Source of the DNA: Candidatus Lindowbacteria bacterium RIFCSPLOWO2_12_FULL_62_27
GTDB taxonomy: Bacteria > Lindowbacteria > 2-12-FULL-62-27
Assembly: GCA_001784175.1 (NCBI GenBank)
Contig: MFPR01000026.1
Span: forward strand, 1-64,000
Length of the DNA stretch: 64,000 nucleotides
Direction of reading: 5' to 3'
Numbering within the stretch: the first letter of the stretch is position 1; every line of letters begins with the position of its first letter. A model generated the notes under the pieces. It made no database searches. It saw only the letters and a program-made list of their open reading frames with translations, and was not told the DNA's origin. Of the stretch, positions 11,201-18,006 are shown in pieces. Made by a program: the position numbers and the translations under genes.

Positions 11201-14200
11201 CGGCCGTGGTGGGCGGCTACGAGCATGTGGCCAGAATGGGGTTTACCTGCGACCGGACCGGGATTCCGCCGAATGCCATGTGCTCGCCCGACACCGATCG
11301 CACCGTCGTCGGGACCTCGGTGAAGTTTGACGGCCGCGGGTCGAGCGACCGCGACGGCGTCATCGTCGATTACCGGTGGGAATTCGGCGACGGATCCACG
11401 GCGTCCGGGCCGCAGGCCAGTCACGCTTATCTCCAGCCCGGCGTGTATACCACGTGGCTGACAGTAACGGACAACGACAACCTCTCGGATTTCGACACCT
11501 GCCGGGTGGAGGTTCTTTCCCCTCCGGACAGCGCAAAGGGCCTGTACGTGAATGACGATCGGATTGTGGGGGACAAGTTCACTTATGCGGCCGGCAGCGA
11601 TGAGATCGGCGACGGCACGCGGTTCCGGCCGTTCCGAACCATTCAGAAAGCGATGTCTTTGGCACGACCGGGGGATACGATTTTCGCCGACATCGGGCTC
11701 TATCCCGAACAGGTGGTCATCGACAAGGATCGCATCTGGTTGGAAGGCGCCGGCTCATGGAGCGCATGGGACCAGACGGTGATTGATGCGGGCGATACGT
11801 CTGCTGAACAGAAGGCCCGCGGGTTGTACGCGTCCGATCGTGTCGGCCTGGTCCTGCGGAATTTTGCCGTCCATCACGGATTCACCGGCATCGAGTGGAG
11901 AAACGTCGATTCCTCCTGGATATGGGGCGTCGCCGCGCGACACAACGGCGGCCACGGGATGCGTCTCCACACGAATTCGGATTCGAATCTTCTGTGGGGG
12001 ATCATCTCCGAATCGAATGCGGCGGCCGGCCTGATTCTGGACGGATCGTATCAGAATCTACTGACCGCCTGCGCGTTCGGACAGAATACGGCGGCCGGCG
12101 TGGAGATCCGGAACGGCCGCGGGAACCGCGTCGTCCTGAACGACATTTACGAGAACGACACCGGCGTCTGGATTTCCGGCGGGACCGGGGACCATGTGAT
12201 TTTCAAGAACAATTTCAAATCCAACCGGGTCAGTTACATTTCGAACGCCGCCGGCGGTCCTCTGTCCGTGGCGCGCAACTGGTGGGGAACCACGGATGAA
12301 GTCACGATCCGGCAGAGGATGGCCGGGTCGGCCGCGATTCCGGAGTTCATTCCGTACAGGCTCGGGCTGGTCGACACGCCGGAGGGCATGGACACGGTGG
12401 CGCCCCGCGCGCCGGCGGAGATCCGCGCGGAAACGACGGCGCAGGGGGCGATCCTGATTCGGTGGAGGAATCCGGATGTGGACGAGGAATATCCGGGATC
12501 GCTCAGCGGGTTCACCGGCGTGCGGATCTACCGCCTGGTGGATCGGCCGGACACGACGCAGTGGGCGTCCGAGGCCACGTTGCGGGCTCGCGTGCCCCAG
12601 CCAGGCGCTGAGTTTTTGGACACGGACGTGCAGCCCGGCCGCGCCTACTATTATCGTCTGACATCGTTGGACGACGCATGGCACGTCAATGAGTCATGGT
12701 TTTCGGATACCGTCAGCATCAGCGTGCCGGACTCCGGGAGGTTAAGACCGACGCTCTCGTGGTATCCGTCCGGCGGGCAGGGAACCGCAAAGTCGGAGAC
12801 GTACCAGTTGCGGAACATGTCGAAGAACCCGCAAGACGTGGCCGCGGGCGTCATCGTGGGCGTGTTCGTGATCCGCGGCGCGGAATACGTGGAAACGGCG
12901 TATCTCGACACGGCCGCCATCGGAGAGATGGCGGCGGTCGACACGCGCGCGGTCCGGCTGACGATCGTCACCAACGCCGCCTGGGAGGCCGCGCAGAAGA
13001 ACGCCTCGGTGACGGTCGAGCTTCGCGTCGTGCAGGAGCTGAATTGGCCGGAGAAGAATGTGGGAGTGTCGGGGCAGTACAGGCTCGTCAAAGACGACGC
13101 CGGCCCGGTGGGTCTTTCGAGCATGTCATACGTAGTGTCCGACGAAGTTGTTGAGTTGGGGGCGCCGGGCGCCGTTCGGCGCGATCACAAGGCATTCATC
13201 GAGATCAAGAGCGTCGTTTACAATCCGGATAGCTCCGGCATTCTGATGGACATGTATCGGTCCATTCATGATGGATTGTACTTGGCGGAGGCGCGCATTC
13301 CCGGTGGCGCCGCGAGCGTCGAAACCTTCGGGACATATTCGGTCCTCCATCTTACACAGATTCCTATCAAGAACGGCGAATCGGCGGCGGTGCGATTGGT
13401 CCTCGGCATGGACTTGAACCGGCAAAGCGATATTGACCTGAAAGCGATCGCCCAAGACATCCGCATGACAGAGTGGAGTCCGGCGGGTGCGATGACCGTG
13501 GAAGAAATCTCTGATGCCCCGGGCGGCGCGGCGTTTCAACGACGGCGCGTCATCCGGGGCGCGGTCCCCAAGTCCGACCTCTCGACTCGTGTGACGTTCT
13601 TTGATGTCACAAACGGGAGGCCCCGGAAAATCGCCGAAACCCGTCTGTCGGACAGCGGGGCATTCGAGCTGGCGGACATCTCCGATTCGGTGAATGACGT
13701 GGTCGTGCGCGTGGACCGACGGGCGTCATTCCCGCATTTCTCGCGTTTGAAACTTGATGAGGACAGGGTGACGTACCTTTTGGCCAATATCGAGCCTGCG
13801 GAAATTGACGTGAAGAGAGGCCACAGCCGAATGGTCGATTCGCCGGAGATCCGGCAGGAAGTGTCGGCGGGAGAAGGTACGGAGAAGGCGCGGATCGATG
13901 TGCCGGGTGGCGCGATCGACCGGCCGTTTTATATCACTCTGCGAGAACCGGACAATATCGAGGAGATACGCGCCGCCGCGCCCGCCGGCCGGAGGCTATT
14001 GGCCGCCCGGGAGTACGTGCTGGTGGACGCGCAGACAGGCGAGGAGATTCACAGCGGGTTCCGCGAAAAAATCCGCATCGCGCTGTCACTGGCCGGCCTG
14101 AGATCCGGCGAGATGGCAAAAATCGCCCACTACGATCCCGAGACCGGCAACTTCAACGAGGAGGCGGCGGTCGTGGATGAGACTGGCGGAGAAGTCGTGT

Positions 14201-14586
14201 CCGACGTCGACCATTTCTCGATCTACGTCTCGCTTGCGTCTCCGGCGCCGGCGGCCCCCGCGCCGACGTACACGGATTTTTCGGAACTCTTGGTGTATCC
14301 GAATCCGTATCTGGCCACCTATGGGACGAACCGGGTGGTGTTCGAATACGTTCCGGCGACCGCGAAAGTAACGATTTACGCGGTGTCCGGCGATCTCGTC
14401 CGGGAAATCGAGAACGAGGGGTCAGGCGACGTCAACGGGTCCGTGCGCGGAAGCGCCGCCACCGCTCACATCGGCTGGGACCTCACGAACCGCTTCGGCC
14501 GTCCGGCGGCGAGCGGGATGTATTTGTATTTGTTGAAGGACACCGCCGGCCATGTGCAAAAGGGCCGGGTGGGTGTGGTACGATGA
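2278..14586 (+). CDS. Giant exported multidomain S8 (subtilisin-family) serine protease with Ig-like repeats, PD40/TolB-like propellers, poly-Pro linkers, vWA, two PKD domains, beta-helix, FN3-like and T9SS-A/FlgD-like C-terminal domain
   Basis: Catalytic motifs IIDTG, GGHGTMVAG, NGTSFASP; PSWSADG/PTWSPDG repeats; LVLDESSS MIDAS; DADGRIVAYRWSFGDG PKD; VYPNPY...WDLTNRFGRPAASGMYLYLL tail. Confidence 0.9.
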   Translation: MTLLRLSILIYMALGVGAWGWAADLDAARFLHTPKDSHLIDQPLRISAQLTEAAGVSSVQLFYKSPDRATYTVKTMQASWQADLAPGELSPLGLSYFFEAKYADGRAYRSRDYSTVLLVVPPAIREMLYRDDASGTDVKVVKDELILKLDPAMAPEVVPNAINQLILRHNAKVLGVDNGSRLVRMQIPSTLDLKAVLADLSAQSAVAYAHPHGLYEPVLTPNDPMLEEQWAVQKMRLPEAWNTTTGDVNVIVGIIDTGRDPNHPDLSGQFLPGYDYYANDPDPWDVGGHGTMVAGVVGAIGNNGTGVAGTNWKCKILPYRVGDWSLSIWAIVQSLRDATDKGARVINMSFGGFGGWPAMHDALKYAYSKGVVLIAAAGNSYTQTPVYPAAYPEVIGVVATNRSDQKAYFSSYGSWVDVSAPGQEILTTTVGGGYKSVNGTSFASPYTAGLASLLLSVNPTLTNEEVREILRSTAVDLGSAGFDNVFGYGRIDAPAAVMAARGAAADDTPPVITHFPVREVDPGISVSVLAAVTDNVAVHSGILSYRRKGDATFTESIMSYLGGTLYEGVIPKSTVEPPAVEYSLRARDAKGNWSFTPVYTIAMKDRTPPVVQHTPPSQADSGLPMTIAATVTDDVGVKSATAHVRMRGESGYTAYEMTAGPNQQYQATIPGPAVRMPAIQYYFSATDTAGNQPPTGQPGSAAAPHEVKVVYVDRTPPFVAHDPVAAAQPAHLPVRVEARITDDVGVAGATLFFRPRGKPLFDTAPMMPSGADSYIALIPASAVVSPAVEYYIDATDSAGNRPAGGRTPGSASLPNGFPVPADTSPPTIRHTALGTPPDALIEGLPVVVSAIALDNHGVQAMRLHHKPAGASSHFVRPMTYTLSNRFEAALTEKDAVGPAIHYYLVASDSDGNETTWGPAEVPVHAKVAIMTAAGDTRALWAPGADQVLFKDPKTGLYARMAVPHFDTAHFSWSADLTKLVMAGRSGDSWLVYVITLEDSIPRAHRVTDGDWLDLYPSWSADGKFLLFASNRAGEWDIFMKPVDSDSDGIPDTGGAIVKLSADTGARGKGDVLGVARLAAPGALEVVRGKVPIIGGVFALVQADQMTQAPAEGYRIEAAPETNPQETTLIESVNGLKTILFDAKLGEWTPPSDTPGKYSVCLHAQTSGRSARECVTVWVPGLAVTLEAKPTEMFPDQATVEVRGEARYNFGALGAGLPVTIWVLGTGRSVSAVTNASGQFYAELPAPSVPGEYRLHAAVTDTWGLIARAETPITVKAKKIVLTIDLDPTETFAQEPVRAFGRAVYEDSLPVVNREVTLEIKETFRKYFALTDSTGAYSVPGVSAGKPGLYHVHAQVSDSFTSAVTHAELRLRGQAVELTEQLLPPVVFTGAYTSVSGTAVYRTTRAPLKDAPVAISPSWYPEPVSVRTDTAGRYLALIQASDRAGTMPVQVTAGDGFETASVQRDLVMLDFSYGNPLKIEVTMRPDSPAVWRGRPFGITGDAIYVYADRRWPVEEGRVDLAMDSVGPLGTLSLTRDDGGRFSWNGAAPRTPDTYRIRATVTDRFELKGRSETDQVVKDRPLIVKGFADKTDPYRMFLLNFFGHLYYPDGGAVEAATVSCTSSPPGYEKAVQDYFDPSYDGYFVMQFFSPNRVDTYTLQFRAVDSYGGTGETQLIATVRPLNVKVTAGVSDSIVPARLTPTVRGKGIYIENQIQVVEAPAAIRSTTGSGAVWTGKTNILGEFSSVAALPRADFETYQLTVDDGLSADTAEIGLTILSDSIVIDAHLDTAIVPDEASWLKSLPPPARVWLTARPRHPKGYALYREGATRVTVTNALTGGAVWETAWTAAPLGEGKDARERDEVAVPVPTSAGEFRVSIWMEDRYGEGETSVLLTVYTPSEPKDDLALELNLDTSVVSPGAVVTAWGTLVYSGLSTGDQDDTVLIENSVSKEHWEGVYRATEKKFTRVFSAPAATGAYPIVASKWHSGKRAEDAEILFVVKGTDTPPPPPPPPPPPPPPPPPPPPPPPPPPPIKLIIVTVPALYMADPGDPVAVEGSAAYTTGEDVYPGVATLYRGSTSMATVMLSLHGRFRFPEFPAPSAVTEYEVVVEDGTRAGRATFKVVPPPPPPPPPPPPPPPPPPPPPPPPTPPAPYVKLYPVQSPDGKYVAFSGRKVGTTDSLNIYILETANPAAIIPFTAEYANDQFPAWSADGKTIAFGSKRSGNFDIWSKPVDGNGDGKPDSTGRAAQLTRWEGEDNKPTWSPDGRKIAFHSDRAGNYDIYVQNASGSGEPLRLTENAAYDAHPHWSADGKYITFHSNRRAKERLADGSSEKTSIGLVLDESSSVDDESFLKLSSGAGRFLENLAAGVSVAVTKFDQRVKTIQDFTEDKKLLTEACGTRTFGCATAIYDALFESLGRLAARPGRRMALLVSDGWDNSSKKTMTDVIRYATENNIQIFGVFVSNALYPSNPEPLRILTKATGGALIEIDDFGGVTSGLEHVMKLYDELLGNFNIWYAPAEGGEARQLTDDLADDLYPAFSPDVKKIAYVSFRSGKGDIYVIRFDPTTPESPQRLYPPVARISADTRAIMKFPLALDGGASSDADGRIVAYRWSFGDGGLGGDSIVGHAYEKPGPYTVTLTVIDNDGLIDEDSVQIVVDTAPPGTGKPCAPNLSSFQIVFRPSQTPMPTGYVGYPFVLHDGGVYKMFYHVRRDYAGSRADLEKLGIDTPPGEMPNFSHNMVSYAEGEDGVRWTHRGVLDETYGVAHVGQGMALARVGTRLDLIQEDYPKIHMKRLASYLTYRYQTAEGAWSSKITLLEGTDDPKSWESTMTQRTAAFLTSSDSLTARLWYGGLNSTSEFADHPQSIGLAKLDWDESGQRWRARSRERVLAASAEPGHEFESVQVMYPSVRQIGSDSYVMYYLGYQHPEKTSVCRAYSADGIAWEGREKLFDATHLPAQVSDITSVQLFSDPKDGKEYLYLTAVVGGYEHVARMGFTCDRTGIPPNAMCSPDTDRTVVGTSVKFDGRGSSDRDGVIVDYRWEFGDGSTASGPQASHAYLQPGVYTTWLTVTDNDNLSDFDTCRVEVLSPPDSAKGLYVNDDRIVGDKFTYAAGSDEIGDGTRFRPFRTIQKAMSLARPGDTIFADIGLYPEQVVIDKDRIWLEGAGSWSAWDQTVIDAGDTSAEQKARGLYASDRVGLVLRNFAVHHGFTGIEWRNVDSSWIWGVAARHNGGHGMRLHTNSDSNLLWGIISESNAAAGLILDGSYQNLLTACAFGQNTAAGVEIRNGRGNRVVLNDIYENDTGVWISGGTGDHVIFKNNFKSNRVSYISNAAGGPLSVARNWWGTTDEVTIRQRMAGSAAIPEFIPYRLGLVDTPEGMDTVAPRAPAEIRAETTAQGAILIRWRNPDVDEEYPGSLSGFTGVRIYRLVDRPDTTQWASEATLRARVPQPGAEFLDTDVQPGRAYYYRLTSLDDAWHVNESWFSDTVSISVPDSGRLRPTLSWYPSGGQGTAKSETYQLRNMSKNPQDVAAGVIVGVFVIRGAEYVETAYLDTAAIGEMAAVDTRAVRLTIVTNAAWEAAQKNASVTVELRVVQELNWPEKNVGVSGQYRLVKDDAGPVGLSSMSYVVSDEVVELGAPGAVRRDHKAFIEIKSVVYNPDSSGILMDMYRSIHDGLYLAEARIPGGAASVETFGTYSVLHLTQIPIKNGESAAVRLVLGMDLNRQSDIDLKAIAQDIRMTEWSPAGAMTVEEISDAPGGAAFQRRRVIRGAVPKSDLSTRVTFFDVTNGRPRKIAETRLSDSGAFELADISDSVNDVVVRVDRRASFPHFSRLKLDEDRVTYLLANIEPAEIDVKRGHSRMVDSPEIRQEVSAGEGTEKARIDVPGGAIDRPFYITLREPDNIEEIRAAAPAGRRLLAAREYVLVDAQTGEEIHSGFREKIRIALSLAGLRSGEMAKIAHYDPETGNFNEEAAVVDETGGEVVSDVDHFSIYVSLASPAPAAPAPTYTDFSELLVYPNPYLATYGTNRVVFEYVPATAKVTIYAVSGDLVREIENEGSGDVNGSVRGSAATAHIGWDLTNRFGRPAASGMYLYLLKDTAGHVQKGRVGVVR
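8281..8361 (+). repeat. Poly-proline tract (27 Pro codons)
   Basis: In-frame CCN run with a recurring CCGCCGCCTCCGCCC unit. Confidence 0.95.
8635..8706 (+). repeat. Second poly-proline tract (24 Pro codons)
   Basis: In-frame CCN run. Confidence 0.95.
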
Positions 14587-14612
14587 AGTCGAATACGGGA
14601 GGCTGGACGATC

Positions 14613-15302
14613 ATGAATCGATATTGCATTGGCGTTTTCGTATGGCTTGTTGTTTGCGGCCCGGCCCTGGCCGGCGATCCGCAGGTGTCGCCCTTCCGGT
14701 GGCGCGACGCCGACATGCCGCTCACCTACCGTCTGAACGTGTCGGCCGTGCCCGAATACATGCGCGGCGTCTTCCTCGAATACGGCCGCATCGGGATCGA
14801 CGATTGGGCGAAGGTTGAGGGGGCGAGGCTGACGTCGTGTTATCGGGGCGCCACGGCGTCTTCGGAAAAGACGGATGAAAAAATCTTCGCGCGCTGGAAC
14901 ACGCTGCCGAGCGGTATCGGCGGCTGGGCCTACTATCCTCCCGTCGGGTTCATCGAATACAACAGCCGGTATGCCGACAAGTACTACGCCCAGCGCGACA
15001 ATCTGCGGAATCTCACGCTGCACGAAAACGGCCACGCGATCGGATTCCCGCATTATTTCGAGGACGACTCCGTCATGGCCTACAAGTACATTCCAAACCT
15101 GACCGATTTCGACCGCCGGCTGATCCTGCTGAATTATCCTGGGCAGAAGATAACGTCGGAGGCGTGTTGCGCCAAGTCCGACACAATGCTGGCCGCATCG
15201 CAGCGGTCGGAGGGAAAGTCGGCGACCGGCCACGGCCAGTGGTGCTATGCGTCCTGGCTGGACCGGAAGTCGGATTTTGAGATGCCCGGAGGTGGGCCAT
15301 GA
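14613..15302 (+). CDS. Exported matrixin/metzincin-type zinc metalloprotease (alternative start 14583)
   Basis: HENGHAIGFPH (HExxHxxGxxH) followed by Met-turn 'DSVMAY'; signal peptide; GGAGG upstream of 14613. Confidence 0.8.
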   Translation: MNRYCIGVFVWLVVCGPALAGDPQVSPFRWRDADMPLTYRLNVSAVPEYMRGVFLEYGRIGIDDWAKVEGARLTSCYRGATASSEKTDEKIFARWNTLPSGIGGWAYYPPVGFIEYNSRYADKYYAQRDNLRNLTLHENGHAIGFPHYFEDDSVMAYKYIPNLTDFDRRLILLNYPGQKITSEACCAKSDTMLAASQRSEGKSATGHGQWCYASWLDRKSDFEMPGGGP

Positions 15303-16246
15303 GCAGATGGATGTGTGTGTGGATATGCGCGATGGTCTGGACTCAGCCTGCGGCGGCGATCCATCTCTGGAACATCGAGCTTCCGACGATGGCCCGGGAG
15401 TCGCGGGCCATCGTTTACGGAGAAGTCACCGGCACGAAGAGCTTTTACGATTCCGGCCGGGGAGAAGTCCTGACGGAAGTGGAGATGAGTCTCATGGAGG
15501 CTCTGAAAGAGGACACGGAGGTGAAAGCCGCTGCGCGGTTCGTCATCGCCGGCGGAGTCCACGAAGACGTGGAGTGGGCCGGCCCGGGCCTGCCGAAGCT
15601 GTCGCGCGGCGATGTGGCGGTGGTTTTTCTGGAGAAGCTCGACGGCCGATACTGGCCATACGGCCTGCCGCTGGGGATTTTCAACCAAACTGTGACCTCG
15701 GCCGGCAAGGCGGTATTGAAACGCGATCTGACGGACGCCCATGTGGTCCATATGGACGACACCGGCGCCGAGGTTCCCGTGAAAGTGAACTACTACGGGA
15801 TTGATGGATTCAAACAAAAGATACGCGAGTATCTCGGCGCCGCGCCGAAAGCGGAGCCCGGCCTGAACGAACGATACGCGCAGTCAGACGCGGTGGCCGC
15901 CGGCCGGGTGACCGGCGTGCGCGTGAGTCTCACGTCCGATAGCCTCGTTGAAACGCAGGTGGACCTCAAGCCTCACCAAATCCTGAAGGGCGACACCCGC
16001 GCGATCTGGATCATTCGCGTGGAGGGCGGAGAACTGCCGGATGTGAAGTACGAATCGTACGACATGCCGGCGTTTGTTCAGAACGGCGAATACCTCGTTT
16101 TTCTGAAAACCACACCGGCGGGATTGTCGCCGATCGGCTCGGCGGGAGCCGTCCCCGGCCGCCGCCGCTCGGATGGGCGTTTCGAAATCCTGACGCCGGA
16201 CGGCCGGATTCTGCTCTTGGATCAGGTGGACTTCGGAGCGAGATAA
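15299..16246 (+). CDS. Exported hypothetical protein with two copies of a small beta-domain
   Basis: Signal peptide; internal repeat 'AIVYGEVTG..EALKE..IAGG..P.LSRGDVAVVFL' vs 'AVAAGRVTG..QILKG..VEGG..P.FVQNGEYLVFL'; ATGA overlap with upstream gene. Confidence 0.65.
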   Translation: MSRWMCVWICAMVWTQPAAAIHLWNIELPTMARESRAIVYGEVTGTKSFYDSGRGEVLTEVEMSLMEALKEDTEVKAAARFVIAGGVHEDVEWAGPGLPKLSRGDVAVVFLEKLDGRYWPYGLPLGIFNQTVTSAGKAVLKRDLTDAHVVHMDDTGAEVPVKVNYYGIDGFKQKIREYLGAAPKAEPGLNERYAQSDAVAAGRVTGVRVSLTSDSLVETQVDLKPHQILKGDTRAIWIIRVEGGELPDVKYESYDMPAFVQNGEYLVFLKTTPAGLSPIGSAGAVPGRRRSDGRFEILTPDGRILLLDQVDFGAR

Positions 16247-16268
16247 TCGGCGCCGGCTTGCCTCGTTC

Positions 16269-16297
16269 TTGACAGCCGTCCGGCTGCCACGTAGGTT
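16269..16297 (+). promoter_or_regulatory. Sigma70-type promoter, probably for a leaderless ferredoxin mRNA
   Basis: TTGACA-17nt-TAGGTT, 6 nt before ATG 16304; no SD. Confidence 0.55.
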
Positions 16298-16303
16298 TGC
16301 CGC

Positions 16304-16606
16304 ATGGAACAGCACCAGCCCTACGAAAAACTGATCAGCGTCTGCACGAATTTCCGTGAAGAGGGGTCGTGTTGCGCCAAGCGCGGGTCGAAGGAAATCG
16401 TCGAGGCGCTGAAAGAGTACGTGAAAAAAAACGGATTGAAGGGCCGGACGCGCGTGGCCCGGTCGGGGTGCTTTGGGCTGTGCGAAATGGGTCCCAACAT
16501 CGCCGTCTATCCGGACGGCGGAAGCAACGGGACCTGGTACAAGGGTGTGCAGATCGGCGATGTGCCGTCGATCATTGAAAAACATATCGCCCACATGCGC
16601 ACGTGA
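16304..16606 (+). CDS. Thioredoxin-like [2Fe-2S] ferredoxin
   Basis: VCTN..SCCAKRGS..RSGCFGLCEMGPNIAVYP..TWY. Confidence 0.85.
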   Translation: MEQHQPYEKLISVCTNFREEGSCCAKRGSKEIVEALKEYVKKNGLKGRTRVARSGCFGLCEMGPNIAVYPDGGSNGTWYKGVQIGDVPSIIEKHIAHMRT

Positions 16607-16614
16607 GTTCGGCG

Positions 16615-16782
16615 CCTGGGCGTCCCTGTTGCGGACATCGGTGGGTCTGCCATCCATGGCAAACCTGACCCCGGAGGCAACAGGGACAGTACATCCTGGG
16701 CGTCCCTGTTGCTTGGGATCGGAGGGTTCGCCATCCTTGGCGAACCTTGGGCTGAGGCAACAGGGACAGTACATCCATGTAC
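16615..16782. repeat. Two tandem 80-bp structured repeat units with nested hairpins
   Basis: CCTGGGCGTCCCTGTTGC at 16615 and 16695; GGCAACAGGGACAGTACATCC closes each unit; inner GCCATCCWTGGC hairpins. Confidence 0.85.
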
Positions 16783-16853
16783 GCGGGTGTAGCTCAATGG
16801 TAGAGCTCTGGCTTCCCAAGCCAGTGACGTGGGTTCGATTCCCATCACCCGCT
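16783..16853 (+). tRNA. tRNA-Gly (CCC), CCA not encoded
   Basis: Acceptor GCGGGTG/CACCCGC; D-arm AGCTCAATGGTAGAGC; anticodon arm CTGGC-TTCCCAA-GCCAG; T-loop GGTTCGATTCCC. Confidence 0.95.
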
Positions 16854-16858
16854 CTGTC

Positions 16859-17887
16859 ATGAAGGCGGTGCAGTTTCATGAGCATGGCGGCGTGGAGGTG
16901 CTTCGGTACGAGGACGTGGAGACGCCCAAGCCCGCCGAGGGAGAAGTGCTGGTCAAGGTTTCCGCCTGCGCGCTGAATCATCTGGACATCTGGATCCGCA
17001 ACGGGATTCCCGCTTACAGAATCCCCATGCCTCATATTTCCGGCTGCGACGTGTCCGGCTGGGTGGAGGATCCGGCCGGGAGCGGGTTGCGCCGCGGGCA
17101 GCGCGTGGTGCTGTCACCGGGCGTGTCGTGCGGGCAGTGCGAGTGGTGCCGGGCCGGGCACGACAATCAGTGCATGGAGTTCAAAATATTCGGCGCCGGC
17201 ACGCAGGGCGGGTATGCCCAATACTGTGTGGCCCGCGCGTCGGATTGCGTTCCGCTTCCGGACGAGCTGGGCGATGAAGAGGCCGCGGCGTTTCCGCTGA
17301 CGTTCGTCACCGCATGGCACATGCTGTTCACACGCGCGAACCTCAAGTCGGGCGAAACTGTTCTGGTCATGAGTGCCGGCAGCGGCGTGGGATCCGCCGC
17401 GCTGCAGATGGCCCGCTGGGCCGGCGCCCGCGCGCTGGCCACGGCGGGCACGGAGGAGAAGGCGGACCAGGCGCGGTCCATGGGCGCCGAGCAGGTGCAT
17501 CTTCCCGAGCGGGGCCGCATCCGGGACTGGGCAAAGGAGGTCACGGGCGGCCGCGGCGTGGATGTCGTGTTCGAACACGTGGGCGGTGAGACCCTGATCG
17601 AAGGTCTGGCGAGCCTCTCGAAAAACGGGCGGCTGGTCACTTGCGGTTCGACCGCCGGCGGCACGGCCGCGCTCGACATCCGTTTTTTGTTCATGCGCCA
17701 GCTCACCATCCTCGGGAGCATGATGGGCACGCGCCGGGAGCTGGAGCAGGTTCTGAAACTGGTGGCCGCGCGAACGTTGCGGCCGGTCATCGACCGGACG
17801 TTTCCCCTTTCCGAGGCCGCGACCGCCCAGCGGTGGATGGAGGCCCGCCGGAATTTCGGAAAAATTCTTTTGCTCCCGGAAGGCTAG
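16859..17887 (+). CDS. Zinc-binding alcohol dehydrogenase / quinone oxidoreductase (MDR family)
   Basis: MKAVQFHEHGG start; structural zinc CGQCEWC..NQC; AGSGVG nucleotide motif. Confidence 0.9.
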   Translation: MKAVQFHEHGGVEVLRYEDVETPKPAEGEVLVKVSACALNHLDIWIRNGIPAYRIPMPHISGCDVSGWVEDPAGSGLRRGQRVVLSPGVSCGQCEWCRAGHDNQCMEFKIFGAGTQGGYAQYCVARASDCVPLPDELGDEEAAAFPLTFVTAWHMLFTRANLKSGETVLVMSAGSGVGSAALQMARWAGARALATAGTEEKADQARSMGAEQVHLPERGRIRDWAKEVTGGRGVDVVFEHVGGETLIEGLASLSKNGRLVTCGSTAGGTAALDIRFLFMRQLTILGSMMGTRRELEQVLKLVAARTLRPVIDRTFPLSEAATAQRWMEARRNFGKILLLPEG

Positions 17888-17956
17888 GCGAATTTGCTTG
17901 TAACTTGAAAAACGCCGTGTTAGGGTGTGGCTTCAATTTCGTCAGAAAGATGTGAA

Positions 17957-18002
17957 ACTCCCTGCCCTGAAGGACAGCTTCAGAGCGAAACCAGAGGGAA
18001 GG
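17957..18002 (+). promoter_or_regulatory. Putative S6:S18 ribosomal-protein leader RNA
   Basis: CTCCCTG..CTGAAG-GACAG-CTTCAG hairpin..CAGAGGGAAGG immediately upstream of rpsF, able to sequester the SD; candidate promoter TTGTAA-17-TAGGGT at 17898-17926. Confidence 0.55.
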
Positions 18003-18006
18003 TCGG

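Noticed and set aside
16615-16782. Mini CRISPR array
   Set aside because: Only two units; the interiors are similar to each other and structured rather than unique spacers; no cas genes in the window.
16783-16860. tRNA-Gly as an integration site
   Set aside because: No integrase and no duplicated tRNA 3' end seen in the window.
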